NCBI GenBank assembly: GCA_040755995.1
Contig: JBFMAF010000034.1
Span: 1 to 64,000, forward strand
DNA from: Acidobacteriota bacterium
GTDB lineage: Bacteria > Acidobacteriota > CAIWXX01
Length of the DNA stretch: 64,000 bases
Direction of reading: 5' to 3'
Shown in pieces: positions 39,914 through 49,487 of this stretch; positions within the stretch are counted from its first letter, which is position 1, and every line of letters begins with the position of its first letter. The position numbers were made by a program, and so were the translations under genes. The notes below the pieces were generated by a model. The model was not told where the DNA came from. It saw only the letters and a list, made by a program, of their open reading frames with translations, and did no database searches.

Positions 39914-41359
39914 ATGCAGTCGAAGTATGAAAAGTTGTGGAAGACCGAGGACTGGTGGGCCGTCTGGCTCGGGCTGGGGATCATCCTGTTCGCCTTTCTC
40001 ATGTACCAGTGTGGGCAGGCGAAGCTGTTGGGGTCGTTCGCAGTAAGCGCGCCGCGGTGGGGCCACATCACGGATGCTGCCGTGATCCAGCATCTCTCGA
40101 GCGCGTGGCCCTGGTATTTTGTGCTGCTCCTGGCCTTCGGCGCTATCTTCACGATCAGCACGCGCATCATGGGGCACAGGCCCAAGGAGTACGTGCCGGG
40201 CTTCGCTGTCGTTTTCGCCGCCTCGTCTGTCATCCTTTTCTTCTCGAACAGCAAATTCGCTCACAATTACAACCTTGAAGCGCCGCTCCTCGCGCTGATC
40301 GTCGGCCTCATCGTAGGCAACCTGATGCGGATGCCGAAGTGGATGGAGGCGTCGCTGCGCACGGAGTACTACATCAAGACCGGCATCGTGCTGCTCGGAG
40401 CCACTCTGCCGCTGACGCTCATCGTCTCGGCCGGGCCGATTGCGTTTCTTCAGGCCACCATCGTTTCGATATCGACGTGGCTCGTGATCTACCTGGCCAC
40501 GACCCGCATTTTCAAAAAGGAACCGCAGTTCGGCGCCGTCCTTGGAGCAGCCGGCGCCGTTTGCGGCGTCTCTGCGTCGATCGCCGTCGGAGCGTCGGTG
40601 AAGGCGAAGAAGGAACAGATCGCGATCGCGATCTCAATCGTCACGATCTGGGCGATCGTGATGATCTTCTTCATTCCGCTGATGTCGCGCGCGCTGGGAT
40701 TGCCGACGGCAGTGGCCGGCGCGTGGGTCGGCACGTCCGAATTCGCCGATGCGGCCGGGTTTGCCGCGGCGCAGGCCTATTCGCCTCCGATGCCTCAGGA
40801 CCTGCTCGCGATCGAAGAGGCCGTCAGGCAGGGGTCGGCGACCGAGGAGCAGGTGCGGGTCCTGAACGAGCGGAAACCGCACTATGAGAATGAGAATGCC
40901 ATCCGTGCATTCACACTCATGAAAGTCATCGGTCGCGACATCTGGATCGGCATCTGGTGCCTGATACTGTCCGTTGTCTGCGTGGCGTTCTGGGAGAGGG
41001 GATCCGGGGAGCGCGTTGGAGTCCGCGTAGTCTGGGACCGTTTTCCGAAGTTCGTCATCGGCTTCATCATCGCATCAGTCCTGATGACGCTGATCGTCAA
41101 GTTCTACGGAGCCGAGGCCGCCGATGCATTCGCCAAGATCGACAAGGAATTGATCAAGCCGATCAAGACGCTGCGCACATGGACCTTCGTGTTCACGTTC
41201 CTGTGCATCGGGCTTACGACTCGATTCAAGGATCTGTCGAAGTTCGGATGGGAACCGTTCTGGGCATTCACGATCGGCGTGGCGGTGAACGTGCCTCTGG
41301 GCTTCTTCCTGTCGGCATATGCATTCCGGGACTTCTGGCTGCGCATTGCACTGAAGTAG
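39914..41359 (+). CDS. YeiH-like putative sulfate exporter family transporter
   Basis: EDWWAVWLG, TEYYIKTGIVLLGA, VCGVSASIA, GAWVGTSE. Confidence 0.88.
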   Translation: MQSKYEKLWKTEDWWAVWLGLGIILFAFLMYQCGQAKLLGSFAVSAPRWGHITDAAVIQHLSSAWPWYFVLLLAFGAIFTISTRIMGHRPKEYVPGFAVVFAASSVILFFSNSKFAHNYNLEAPLLALIVGLIVGNLMRMPKWMEASLRTEYYIKTGIVLLGATLPLTLIVSAGPIAFLQATIVSISTWLVIYLATTRIFKKEPQFGAVLGAAGAVCGVSASIAVGASVKAKKEQIAIAISIVTIWAIVMIFFIPLMSRALGLPTAVAGAWVGTSEFADAAGFAAAQAYSPPMPQDLLAIEEAVRQGSATEEQVRVLNERKPHYENENAIRAFTLMKVIGRDIWIGIWCLILSVVCVAFWERGSGERVGVRVVWDRFPKFVIGFIIASVLMTLIVKFYGAEAADAFAKIDKELIKPIKTLRTWTFVFTFLCIGLTTRFKDLSKFGWEPFWAFTIGVAVNVPLGFFLSAYAFRDFWLRIALK

Positions 41360-41399
41360 AGGGGCGGAGGCCCTCCAGCAGCGCTGCGAGGCACACGAA

Positions 41400-41482
41400 T
41401 GGACCACGTGCACGATCACAATTGGATGGTCCAAAAATAGCTACAATTGGAGCTTGACGCCATCCGATTAGCGTCCTACCTT
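41400..41482 (+). promoter_or_regulatory. Putative MocR operator plus sigma70 promoter
   Basis: Direct repeat ACAATTGGA (41418, 41443), inverted TGGACCA/TGGTCCA (41400, 41427), TTGACG-17 nt-TACCTT (41454-41482). Confidence 0.65.
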
Positions 41483-41535
41483 TGACGGTGGAGCCGTCAG
41501 AGCAGCCGGCGGCCCGTCGACAAGGAGGAGGCGAT

Positions 41536-43023
41536 ATGTTGCTACTGTCCGTCAAGCGAGGCAGCCCCGTGCCCGTATACAAGCAGATCCATGACCAGAT
41601 CATCAAGCTTGTCGATGATGGGACGCTGGAGCCGGGCACACGGTTGCCGCCCACGCGCGTGCTGGCGCAGAAGATCGGCGCGAATCGATCCACGGTCTAT
41701 CGCGCCTATCAGGAGCTCTGGGCGCTCGGCTACATGGAGAGCCGTCCCGGTTCATACTCGACGGTGCGAAGGCGGGCGCGGATGATTCCGGCGAACGGCC
41801 GGGCCGATGGGCAGCTCATCGACTGGCGCGCGGCGTCACCGGCGGCGGCCAGGAGGATCTACGACGACTATGTCGACCTGTGCAACAAGCATCCACGCAA
41901 TGACAGCCCGCACGTCATCCGGTTCACGCAGCTCTCGGCCGATCGCGAGCTTTGCCCGGTGGATGACCTCAGGCTGTCGGTGAAGCGTGTTCTGATCCAG
42001 AAGGGGAAGGACATCCTCGACTACGGAGATCCTGCTGGCTACGGCCCGCTTCGCGAGACGATCGCCCGGCGGATGCGAATACACGGCGTGACGGTGTCCG
42101 CGGACCAGATCCTGGTCACCAACGGCGCTCAGCACGCCATCGACCTTGTGCTGCGCCTTCTTTGCCAGCAAGGATCGTCGGTCGCAGTCGAGGTGCCCAC
42201 GTACTCGCTGGCTATTCCGCTGTTTCGATTCCACGGTGTCTCGATGATGGAGGTCCCGATGCGGGAGGACGGGATGGATCTCGATGTGCTGCAGAAGAGG
42301 CTCAACAGGCTGCGCCCGGCCCTCCTGTATACCATCCCGAACTTCCACAATCCGACCGGAATCACTACAGGCCAGGCTCATCGCGAGAAACTCCTTTCGC
42401 TCTGCGAGGCCCATCGAATACCGGTCGTCGAGGACGGGTTCGAGGAGGAAATGAAGTACTTCGGGAAGGCCGTGCTGCCCATCAAGTCGATGGACGTGAA
42501 TGGCATCGTGATCTACCTCGGCACGTTCTCCAAGGTGATCTTCCCGGGGCTGCGGGTCGGCTGGATCGCCGCGGATCGGGATTGCATCCAGAGGCTTCTC
42601 GCCATCTACCGCTACAGCAACCTCTCCGGCAACAATCTCGCCCAGGTAGCAATCGATCACTTCTGCAACGCGGGGCACTACGAGGAACACATCCGGCGAA
42701 TCCACCGGGCCTACCGAAAGCGGATGCAGGCGATGCTCCGCGCCATGGAGGAGCACATGCCGCAGGAGCGCGTCGAGTGGACCCGGCCTGCCGGCGGCTA
42801 CACGCTGTGGGTCCGTCTCAGGGACTGCCGGCGCAGCGAGAAGGAAGCACAGCAGGACTTGCTCAAGGCCGGCGTGGCGATCTCGCCGGGGAGCTTCTAC
42901 TTCCCGGCGCCGCAGGAGGACGTCTACTTCAGATTGTCGGTCACGAACCTGACCGAGGAGCAGATCGAAGAAGGCGTGAGGCGATTGGGCAAGTCTCTTC
43001 GGCGAATTCTGGCAGGAGGATGA
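41536..43023 (+). CDS. MocR/GabR-family regulator (GntR HTH plus PLP aminotransferase domain)
   Basis: PVYKQI..LPPTR.LA..NRSTVYRAY; PNFHNPTG; GTFSKVIFPGLRVGW. Confidence 0.93.
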   Translation: MLLLSVKRGSPVPVYKQIHDQIIKLVDDGTLEPGTRLPPTRVLAQKIGANRSTVYRAYQELWALGYMESRPGSYSTVRRRARMIPANGRADGQLIDWRAASPAAARRIYDDYVDLCNKHPRNDSPHVIRFTQLSADRELCPVDDLRLSVKRVLIQKGKDILDYGDPAGYGPLRETIARRMRIHGVTVSADQILVTNGAQHAIDLVLRLLCQQGSSVAVEVPTYSLAIPLFRFHGVSMMEVPMREDGMDLDVLQKRLNRLRPALLYTIPNFHNPTGITTGQAHREKLLSLCEAHRIPVVEDGFEEEMKYFGKAVLPIKSMDVNGIVIYLGTFSKVIFPGLRVGWIAADRDCIQRLLAIYRYSNLSGNNLAQVAIDHFCNAGHYEEHIRRIHRAYRKRMQAMLRAMEEHMPQERVEWTRPAGGYTLWVRLRDCRRSEKEAQQDLLKAGVAISPGSFYFPAPQEDVYFRLSVTNLTEEQIEEGVRRLGKSLRRILAGG

Positions 43024-43026
43024 CCA

Positions 43027-43797
43027 ATGCTGCTCGGACTGAAGACCCGCATCATCTACGGACCGGTGAATTCAAGGAGAATTGGCGCGTCGCTTGGAAT
43101 CAACATCCTCCCAGCAGGCTCGAAATACTGCAGCTTCAACTGCGTTTACTGCCAGTATGGGTGGACCGATTACGACGCGATGCGTCGATGCGCGAAGAGC
43201 GAATTCCCGTCGAGGCGTGAGGTCGCCGCAGCATTGCGTGAGGCCCTGCGGAGATTGCCCTCGCCACCGGCGTTCCTCACCTTCTCGGGCAACGGCGAAC
43301 CCGCGCTGCATCCCGAATTCCCCGAGATCGTCGACGCCGTGATCGAAATGCGCGACCGGTTCTCGCCGAGCTCGAAGACCGCGATCCTGTCGAACTCGAC
43401 TCAGGCGACTGATTCGCGCGTGCGCGGCGCCCTGTCGAAGCTCGACCTGAGAATCATGAAGCTCGACGCCGGAACGGATGAGACATTCGCGAAGTACAAC
43501 CAGCCGACCGCCGGCGTCGTCCTGGAGGATGTCGTGGAAGGTCTCGCCGCGCTCGGCTCAGTGACCATCCAGTCTCTCTTCACCGGCGGACCCGCCGGCA
43601 ACTGCAGCGAGGCGGACATCGACGCGTGGGTGAAGAGGCTCCATGCGATCCGGCCGGTCGCGGTCCAGATCTACAGCCTGGACCGCGGCTATCCCGCAGA
43701 GGGGATCGAATCGCTCAACAGAGACGATCTCGAGAAGATCGGCGCCAGACTTCGGTCGGAGGGGATCGCGGGCGAGGTGTACAGCCGGCAGCCTTGA
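43027..43797 (+). CDS. Radical SAM protein (TYW1-like short family)
   Basis: YGPVNSRRIG.SLGIN, CSFNCVYC, FSGNGEP. Confidence 0.88.
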   Translation: MLLGLKTRIIYGPVNSRRIGASLGINILPAGSKYCSFNCVYCQYGWTDYDAMRRCAKSEFPSRREVAAALREALRRLPSPPAFLTFSGNGEPALHPEFPEIVDAVIEMRDRFSPSSKTAILSNSTQATDSRVRGALSKLDLRIMKLDAGTDETFAKYNQPTAGVVLEDVVEGLAALGSVTIQSLFTGGPAGNCSEADIDAWVKRLHAIRPVAVQIYSLDRGYPAEGIESLNRDDLEKIGARLRSEGIAGEVYSRQP

Positions 43798-43942
43798 GCA
43801 GCCGGAGGACGACGTTCGCGAGGTGCGAGCTCTGCCCGCGCCGCCGGGCGCCGGGCATGTCCTCTGCACAATCCCTGCAAGTTGATATACACTCGGATGG
43901 CCATGCCCAGACCGAAGGCTCCGCGCGCGGACGAGAGGCGGG

Positions 43943-44518
43943 ATGTCTGAAGGTGGAGTTAGGCGCAAGGATCTCGCGGCCTACGAGATCGATGCCTGTC
44001 TGCGCGGGGACGCCCAGGCATGGGAGGCATTCGTCAAGAGATATGCACCGGTGATCTACCGCGCCGTCTCGAGAACGATGCTCGGCCGTCGGACCGACGC
44101 TCGCGGCGAGGACATCAAGGATGTGACTCAGGAAGTCTTCTACAGACTCGTCAGGGATGACTACCGCCTGCTGAGGTCCTACGATCCGTCCCGGTCATCC
44201 CTGGTCACCTGGCTCACCATCGTGTCACGCAGTCTCACGCTCGACGGCCTCCGCAAGAAGGCCTGCGAGGCTGTTCCTCTGGATCTGAGATCGGGAGAGA
44301 CACCTGTGGAGCCGCCCGGATGCGAGGCGGCTGCGGAGTACCCGTCCGACCTGCTGACGGCGCGCCAGCGACTGGTCATGCACCTCCTCTACGAGAAGGA
44401 CATGGAGGTGCGTGATGTGGCGCGGCTTCTCGGGATCGACGAGCAGTCCGTCCGTTCTGCGCGGCACAAGGCGCTGCTCAGGCTCCGCGAGCATTTCGGA
44501 GTCAAGCGCGCTGGCTGA
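43943..44518 (+). CDS. ECF sigma factor
   Basis: GDAQAWEAFV, DVTQEVF, TWL, region-4 HTH. Confidence 0.9.
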   Translation: MSEGGVRRKDLAAYEIDACLRGDAQAWEAFVKRYAPVIYRAVSRTMLGRRTDARGEDIKDVTQEVFYRLVRDDYRLLRSYDPSRSSLVTWLTIVSRSLTLDGLRKKACEAVPLDLRSGETPVEPPGCEAAAEYPSDLLTARQRLVMHLLYEKDMEVRDVARLLGIDEQSVRSARHKALLRLREHFGVKRAG

Positions 44519-44524
44519 ACAGAT

Positions 44525-44555
44525 GGGGATGTGCCGGGCCTGCGGTCGGTACAAC
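44525..44555 (+). promoter_or_regulatory. Candidate ECF promoter, copy 1
   Basis: GGGGAT-18 nt-GTACAAC ahead of the anti-sigma gene; a near-identical motif lies at 46208. Confidence 0.5.
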
Positions 44556-44572
44556 ATAGGAGGGAGGCAGTC

Positions 44573-45112
44573 GTGGCTGTGAATGACGAAAGAACAGCTG
44601 GGGACAAGGAGACCTGGAGTCGCTACGCGGGGTTGGATCGGAAGAAGCCCGGATCTCCCTGCCCGGATGCAAACCTCATGGCAGCCTACGTCGACGGCTC
44701 CGCGACAGAGAGCGAGCAGGAAACGGTCGAGAGGCATCTGGCATCCTGCGACTCATGCTTGCACGCCGTGGTCGAAGTGCGAGCCCTCGGCCGCTCGGAG
44801 GCGCCGGCAGGCGTTCCCGGCGACGTCGTATCGAGAGCAACGGCCCTGGTACCCGGCCCGCGCCCGACATACGATCGCAAGCCGGTCTGGCTGTTTGGGC
44901 CCATCTCGCAGGCGGCGAAATGGGCGGCCGCGGCGGCAGTGATGGTGGCTGCTTGTGCCGCCGGCTATGAGCTGGGTGCGAGTACCTGTCGCGTAAAGAG
45001 CAGGATAGGCAACGCGGTGCACGCGGAGCTTGCAGCCGGTGTCTCGGACCCGCAAGGGCTGGACCCTGGAGTCAGTACCGTCATCGATACCACCTCTGGA
45101 GGTGCGAAGTGA
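44573..45112 (+). CDS. zf-HC2 (ZAS) membrane anti-sigma factor
   Basis: CPD..MAAYVDG...HLASCDSC plus a TM helix. Confidence 0.85.
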   Translation: MAVNDERTAGDKETWSRYAGLDRKKPGSPCPDANLMAAYVDGSATESEQETVERHLASCDSCLHAVVEVRALGRSEAPAGVPGDVVSRATALVPGPRPTYDRKPVWLFGPISQAAKWAAAAAVMVAACAAGYELGASTCRVKSRIGNAVHAELAAGVSDPQGLDPGVSTVIDTTSGGAK

Positions 45113-45546
45113 GGCTCAAAGCTGTCTGGGTAGTGCTGGCGGCTTCGGTGTGTTTCAATGTGTTTTTCGCAATCGGTTTCCTGCGTGCCCGCGCGGTCAT
45201 CCGAAAGATGGAGACTCCGGAGGGCCGGGCGGAGATCGTGGCGGAGCGTCTGAGCCTGAGCCCCCAGCAGAGGCTCCAGTACGATGCCATGCGCTCGGCG
45301 ATCAACGCAATCCTGGCGGCAAACAGAAAGATCAACGGCGCGCACATGAACACATTCTGGTCTGAGGTGATCAGGGATCACCCGGACTCCGCCATACTCT
45401 CGTCGGCGATCGAGGCCGCCCTGGAGGGCCAGAAGGCAGCCAGAGTTCAAATGGCCGAGCAGGTCAAGCATTTCATGACCGCGCTCACGCCGGCTCAACG
45501 CGAGGCATTCGTTCACATCGTACGCCAACGCGACCTCGCACCCTGA
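45109..45546 (+). CDS. Spy/CpxP-like periplasmic sensor/chaperone
   Basis: Signal/TM segment, LSLSPQQ, LTPAQR motifs. Confidence 0.8.
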   Translation: MRLKAVWVVLAASVCFNVFFAIGFLRARAVIRKMETPEGRAEIVAERLSLSPQQRLQYDAMRSAINAILAANRKINGAHMNTFWSEVIRDHPDSAILSSAIEAALEGQKAARVQMAEQVKHFMTALTPAQREAFVHIVRQRDLAP

Positions 45547-45962
45547 GGAGCCAACGGACGACCTCCAACGGCGTCAAGTGCCGCCAGCAGGTCGGCCATC
45601 CGGAAGGGCTTGTGCAGGAAGGCGGCCGCCCCGCCCGTCCTCAGCAGGTGCTCCGCCAGCTCGATCTCCGTGCCGCTCATCACGACGAGCGCTGGGCCCG
45701 CGCCGCCTTCTGCGGAGCCCGCACGGGCCAGACCTGAGCCTGCCCCGGACGCTGCCAGATGCTCCAGTATCACCGGGGCACCCCCACAAGGCATGCAGAC
45801 GTCGCTGATCACTACATCCGGGAAACCATTCGATAGCAGCCCGACGGCTTCACTTGTGGACGTGGTACCCCTGACCTCGAACCCCCTCCGTGCGAGATAC
45901 TCGACCAGGGCCTGTACGATGCCCGGGTCGTCATCGACTATCAGAATCCGTCTGCGCCCCAT
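45513..45962 (-). CDS. Single-domain response regulator
   Basis: ILIVDDD, SDVCMP, MSG, FLHKPF. Confidence 0.85.
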   Translation of the reverse strand: MGRRRILIVDDDPGIVQALVEYLARRGFEVRGTTSTSEAVGLLSNGFPDVVISDVCMPCGGAPVILEHLAASGAGSGLARAGSAEGGAGPALVVMSGTEIELAEHLLRTGGAAAFLHKPFRMADLLAALDAVGGRPLAPQGARSRWRTM

Positions 45963-46207
45963 CTCTCACCTCCGCACAATCGGCAGCGGCGTGCATGATG
46001 GAAACGAACCCACGGGGCCATCCCACTGCATTGCGCGATTTCTCCAACTCCTTCTCCAGCAGGTGGTACGATGAATCGGGACCGATCATCCCCGGCGACA
46101 CGCGCAGTAGTGTCGATTCCCACGATGCGATATCCGGTACCCTCCCAGTCCACTTCGTCTTCGCGGGGCCGCGCCCGACGGATCCGCCGGCCGCTTCGTC
46201 TCCTGTG

Positions 46208-46239
46208 GGGGACGTTTCATCCGTGTTCTCCCGTACAAC
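46208..46239 (+). promoter_or_regulatory. Candidate ECF promoter, copy 2
   Basis: GGGGAC-19 nt-GTACAAC about 50 nt upstream of ATG 46291. Confidence 0.5.
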
Positions 46240-46290
46240 GCAGTAGCAGGGACGAGCAGGAGGACCTGCACCAGTGAAAGGAGTATCGAG

Positions 46291-48123
46291 ATGGATAGAC
46301 ATGGAGCGGGCTTCGTTCTGGCGATCGCCGCAGCAACCGCATGGGCGTCTGCTCAGGTGTCGACTCCGGCAGTTCTCGAGGCGGAGCCCTCAGAAGAATC
46401 ACCGGGCTATTACTGCTACCATGATCTTCCAAACTTGACGATGTCCCAGCGCGTCGCCCTTGCGCGCAAGGCGCACTCGGACTGGCCCGCGTATTGCCAG
46501 GAGGTCCGCAGCCGCGCGATCTATCTGTCCAGTCGACTGGAGAAACACATCCGCAGCTGGCTGAAGGGAGAAGCATCCGCAGTGATTCCGAAGGGGCTGC
46601 TGCCACCGTACATCGATGGACCCAAGACTCACAGCTGGACGCTGATGAGGCCGGAACAGGTGATTCCTGAGAAGCAATGGTTCATCCAGGCTGCCGCCCA
46701 CGAGATCAACCCCGAGTACAAGCGGCTCTACATGTATGGCGCCTCACGGCACTGCACCTACGTCAAGCTGCTCTACGTGGCCCCGATCGGCTGCAAGCTC
46801 GTCGTCGAAGGTGAGTTCCCTCACTCCCGGTTCATGGACTTCGAGATTCTCCAGCCGCTAGATCCCGAACACCCCGCGACGGGCAGATACGGTGAGCACC
46901 CGGAAGTCCCGCTCGTGGACGCGGACATCGATCCCGATCCGGGCAACGTCAATCCATTCCGCGCCGGCGCCGACCGGAACGCGGCCGGACGGCATTATCG
47001 GGTCCAGTTCGATCTGCAGATGGGCAATGCGGTCGACCTCAATCGGCAGGCGATGGAATCTCCAGCGTTTCGCTCGCGAGGCAACAGGCGGGTGGGCGGG
47101 CCGTTCGGCTTCGCCGGTCCCTGGGGGAACAATGTCTTCACACCCGCCAATCTCTGGTACCGCATCTACGCTCCGGACAAGAACAGCGACACACTCGGAG
47201 GTGCCGGGATTCCCAAGGCGCTGCTCCAGCTTCCTACCGGCGAGAGATTCTGGCTGCAGCCTGACGCGACTCTCGCCGTTCAGAGACAGACCACACGGCT
47301 CGATCTGGAGCCGAACCCTCCTGGCGAACCATGGCCGTTCATAGGCCCCTCCGAGGGCTGGTCGAAGATATTTGGGTTGATGCTGGCCAGGTCGGAGGCC
47401 AACGCGGCCCACAAGTGCGAGCCCTGGGGAGTCGCCCCCGCCGATCGCTGGCGGCAGATGATTCGCGCCAACTACCTGCTTCTCTTCAACCGCGGGGCCG
47501 CGGCAAGCGCTCCGGGATGTTACGAGAGCAGCGCGACCTGCTGTAACTACAACTCGTACCTTACGCGCATGTTCCGGTTGGGGGACGGCATGGTTTACGT
47601 GATCACGGGCAAGATGCCCTCTACTCCCAAGACTCGGAACGGCGAGCCGCTGATGACGAAGGGAGAGGCCCGGATGTGGTCCATTTCCCAGTATGCGGTG
47701 AACCAGGACGAAGCCGAGAAGCTGGCGCTGTGTTGCGGCGGCCTGATGGACGACGAGATCACAGTGAACAGCAAGCGCGAGTACATCATCGTCTATTCAC
47801 GGAAAGGCGACCGGCCGAGAAACGCCATCGTCCAAAACGGTGTGACGTGGGAGGATTGGGGTCCAGCAGCCAGACACACCCTCACAATCCGGTGGATGAG
47901 CGTCATGCCGGAATGGCACCTGTCACCGTACGCGCCGGATGAGCACAACCTGCCATGGGAAACCACGGCGTGGTCGGGCGAGCGCTATGACAAGAGCCTC
48001 GTCGGCGAGAACGCCGCAGGGGCCCTGGGACCTTACCACCCGATCATTCACTACATGACGAGAGGACAATTCGAGGCGCTAGGCTCGCATATTGACCCGG
48101 GGCGAATTCCGAAGTGGGAGTGA
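46291..48123 (+). CDS. Secreted protein of unknown function (610 aa)
   Basis: AAGGAG RBS, signal peptide ending ASA, long open frame; no family recognised. Confidence 0.8.
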   Translation: MDRHGAGFVLAIAAATAWASAQVSTPAVLEAEPSEESPGYYCYHDLPNLTMSQRVALARKAHSDWPAYCQEVRSRAIYLSSRLEKHIRSWLKGEASAVIPKGLLPPYIDGPKTHSWTLMRPEQVIPEKQWFIQAAAHEINPEYKRLYMYGASRHCTYVKLLYVAPIGCKLVVEGEFPHSRFMDFEILQPLDPEHPATGRYGEHPEVPLVDADIDPDPGNVNPFRAGADRNAAGRHYRVQFDLQMGNAVDLNRQAMESPAFRSRGNRRVGGPFGFAGPWGNNVFTPANLWYRIYAPDKNSDTLGGAGIPKALLQLPTGERFWLQPDATLAVQRQTTRLDLEPNPPGEPWPFIGPSEGWSKIFGLMLARSEANAAHKCEPWGVAPADRWRQMIRANYLLLFNRGAAASAPGCYESSATCCNYNSYLTRMFRLGDGMVYVITGKMPSTPKTRNGEPLMTKGEARMWSISQYAVNQDEAEKLALCCGGLMDDEITVNSKREYIIVYSRKGDRPRNAIVQNGVTWEDWGPAARHTLTIRWMSVMPEWHLSPYAPDEHNLPWETTAWSGERYDKSLVGENAAGALGPYHPIIHYMTRGQFEALGSHIDPGRIPKWE

Positions 48124-48280
48124 GAAGGTCTGATCTTCAGGCCTGGCCGCTCCGCAGCACGGCTCTCCGCCGCCCGCGAGACGCGCTGCCCGCCAACAGG
48201 CTGATCAGGTCTGGAGTAAGTGCGCCCGGCCACCCGGCCACCGGGCCCCGCCGAATTGAGCACAGCCTCTCGCGTGTGGT

Positions 48281-49450
48281 ATGGTGTCGCGGCCCATGAA
48301 AGTCAGGGAAACACCGTTCGTGGCCGTGCTGCTCTGCGCGATCGCGCTTCCGGCCTGTCTCCTGGCACAGGCTGCGATGCAGCCGGCGCAGCCGGGGCCG
48401 CCCACGGTCGAAGAGGTGCGGAAGCAGATGGGGATCCCGTCGCAGGGCGACGTGCGCGGCCAGATGGATATCGTCGGTTTCGCTTCGACGGCTGCGCAGA
48501 TGCAGAAGGTCTGGGATCTCTCGGCCGCGCCGCCCCGCCCGCAGCGCCTCGGCGAGGCTCCAGCCGGTGTTGCCGGTGTCATCTGCCCTCACGACGACTA
48601 CGTCTACGCCGCGCGTGTCTATCGTGACGTGCTGCCGCTCGTCACCGCGAAGACCGTGGTGCTTGTCGGAGTCTTCCACCGGTATCGCAAGTTCGGTGCG
48701 CACGACGTCGTCGTGTTCGACCCGTATCGGGCATGGAGATCACCCGAGGGCGAGATACCGGTCTCGTCGTTGCGCGAGCAGCTTCTGGCTCAGCTTCCGG
48801 CGGCCGACTACGTCAAGGACGCCGCGATGCATGACAGCGAGCATTCGCTCGAAGCGCTCGCCTACTGGCTGAAGCATGCGAGACCTGACGTCGAGATCCT
48901 GCCGATCATCATCCCAGCCGCAGGTTTTTCACGGATGCAGGAGCTCGCCGGGCGTACCGGCTCGGCGCTTGCGGCGGCGATGAAGGCACGGGGCTGGCAT
49001 CTTGGAAGGGACGTGTCCATAGCCATCTCGTCTGACGCGGTTCACTACGGCACGGACTTCAAGTACACGCCGGTCGGCGAGGGCGGTGTGGAGGCCTACA
49101 TGAAGGCGTACGATCAGGATCTCGCGCTGCTCCGAGGGCCGCTGGCTGGGCCCGTTTCGACGTCGGGCATCCGGCGGTTCTACGAGACATGCGTGAACCC
49201 GGAAAACCCCAACGAGTATCGTCTGACATGGTGCGGCAGGTTCTCGATCCCGTTCGGCATGCTACTGCTCGAGAGGACCGCTGTGGCGCTCGGCGGCGGG
49301 GCGCCGGTCGCGATGCCGCTCGCATACGCAACTTCGGTGGGGTCCACTGAGATCCCCATTCGTGACACAGGTCTGGGCGACACTGCCTCCGCTAATCTCT
49401 ACCATTTTGTCGGCTATCCGGCTGTGGCATTCACCGTGCCCGGGCGTTGA
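48281..49450 (+). CDS. MEMO1/AmmeMemoRadiSam protein B-like, with signal peptide
   Basis: PHDDYVYA, EHSLE, ISSDAVHYG, TWCG, VGY. Confidence 0.85.
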   Translation: MVSRPMKVRETPFVAVLLCAIALPACLLAQAAMQPAQPGPPTVEEVRKQMGIPSQGDVRGQMDIVGFASTAAQMQKVWDLSAAPPRPQRLGEAPAGVAGVICPHDDYVYAARVYRDVLPLVTAKTVVLVGVFHRYRKFGAHDVVVFDPYRAWRSPEGEIPVSSLREQLLAQLPAADYVKDAAMHDSEHSLEALAYWLKHARPDVEILPIIIPAAGFSRMQELAGRTGSALAAAMKARGWHLGRDVSIAISSDAVHYGTDFKYTPVGEGGVEAYMKAYDQDLALLRGPLAGPVSTSGIRRFYETCVNPENPNEYRLTWCGRFSIPFGMLLLERTAVALGGGAPVAMPLAYATSVGSTEIPIRDTGLGDTASANLYHFVGYPAVAFTVPGR

Positions 49451-49487
49451 GCTTCCAAGTCTTGATTACACACAGGAGGGTCATCTC

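Noticed and set aside
39575..40264. N-terminal 230 aa of the 1089-aa ORF
   Set aside because: It overlaps the YeiH gene antisense and the intergenic region; protein-like sequence begins at MSLKGF (39574).
43027..49450. Complete AmmeMemoRadiSam system
   Set aside because: The radical SAM protein is of a different short family, lies 4.5 kb away, and no AMMECR1 gene is present.
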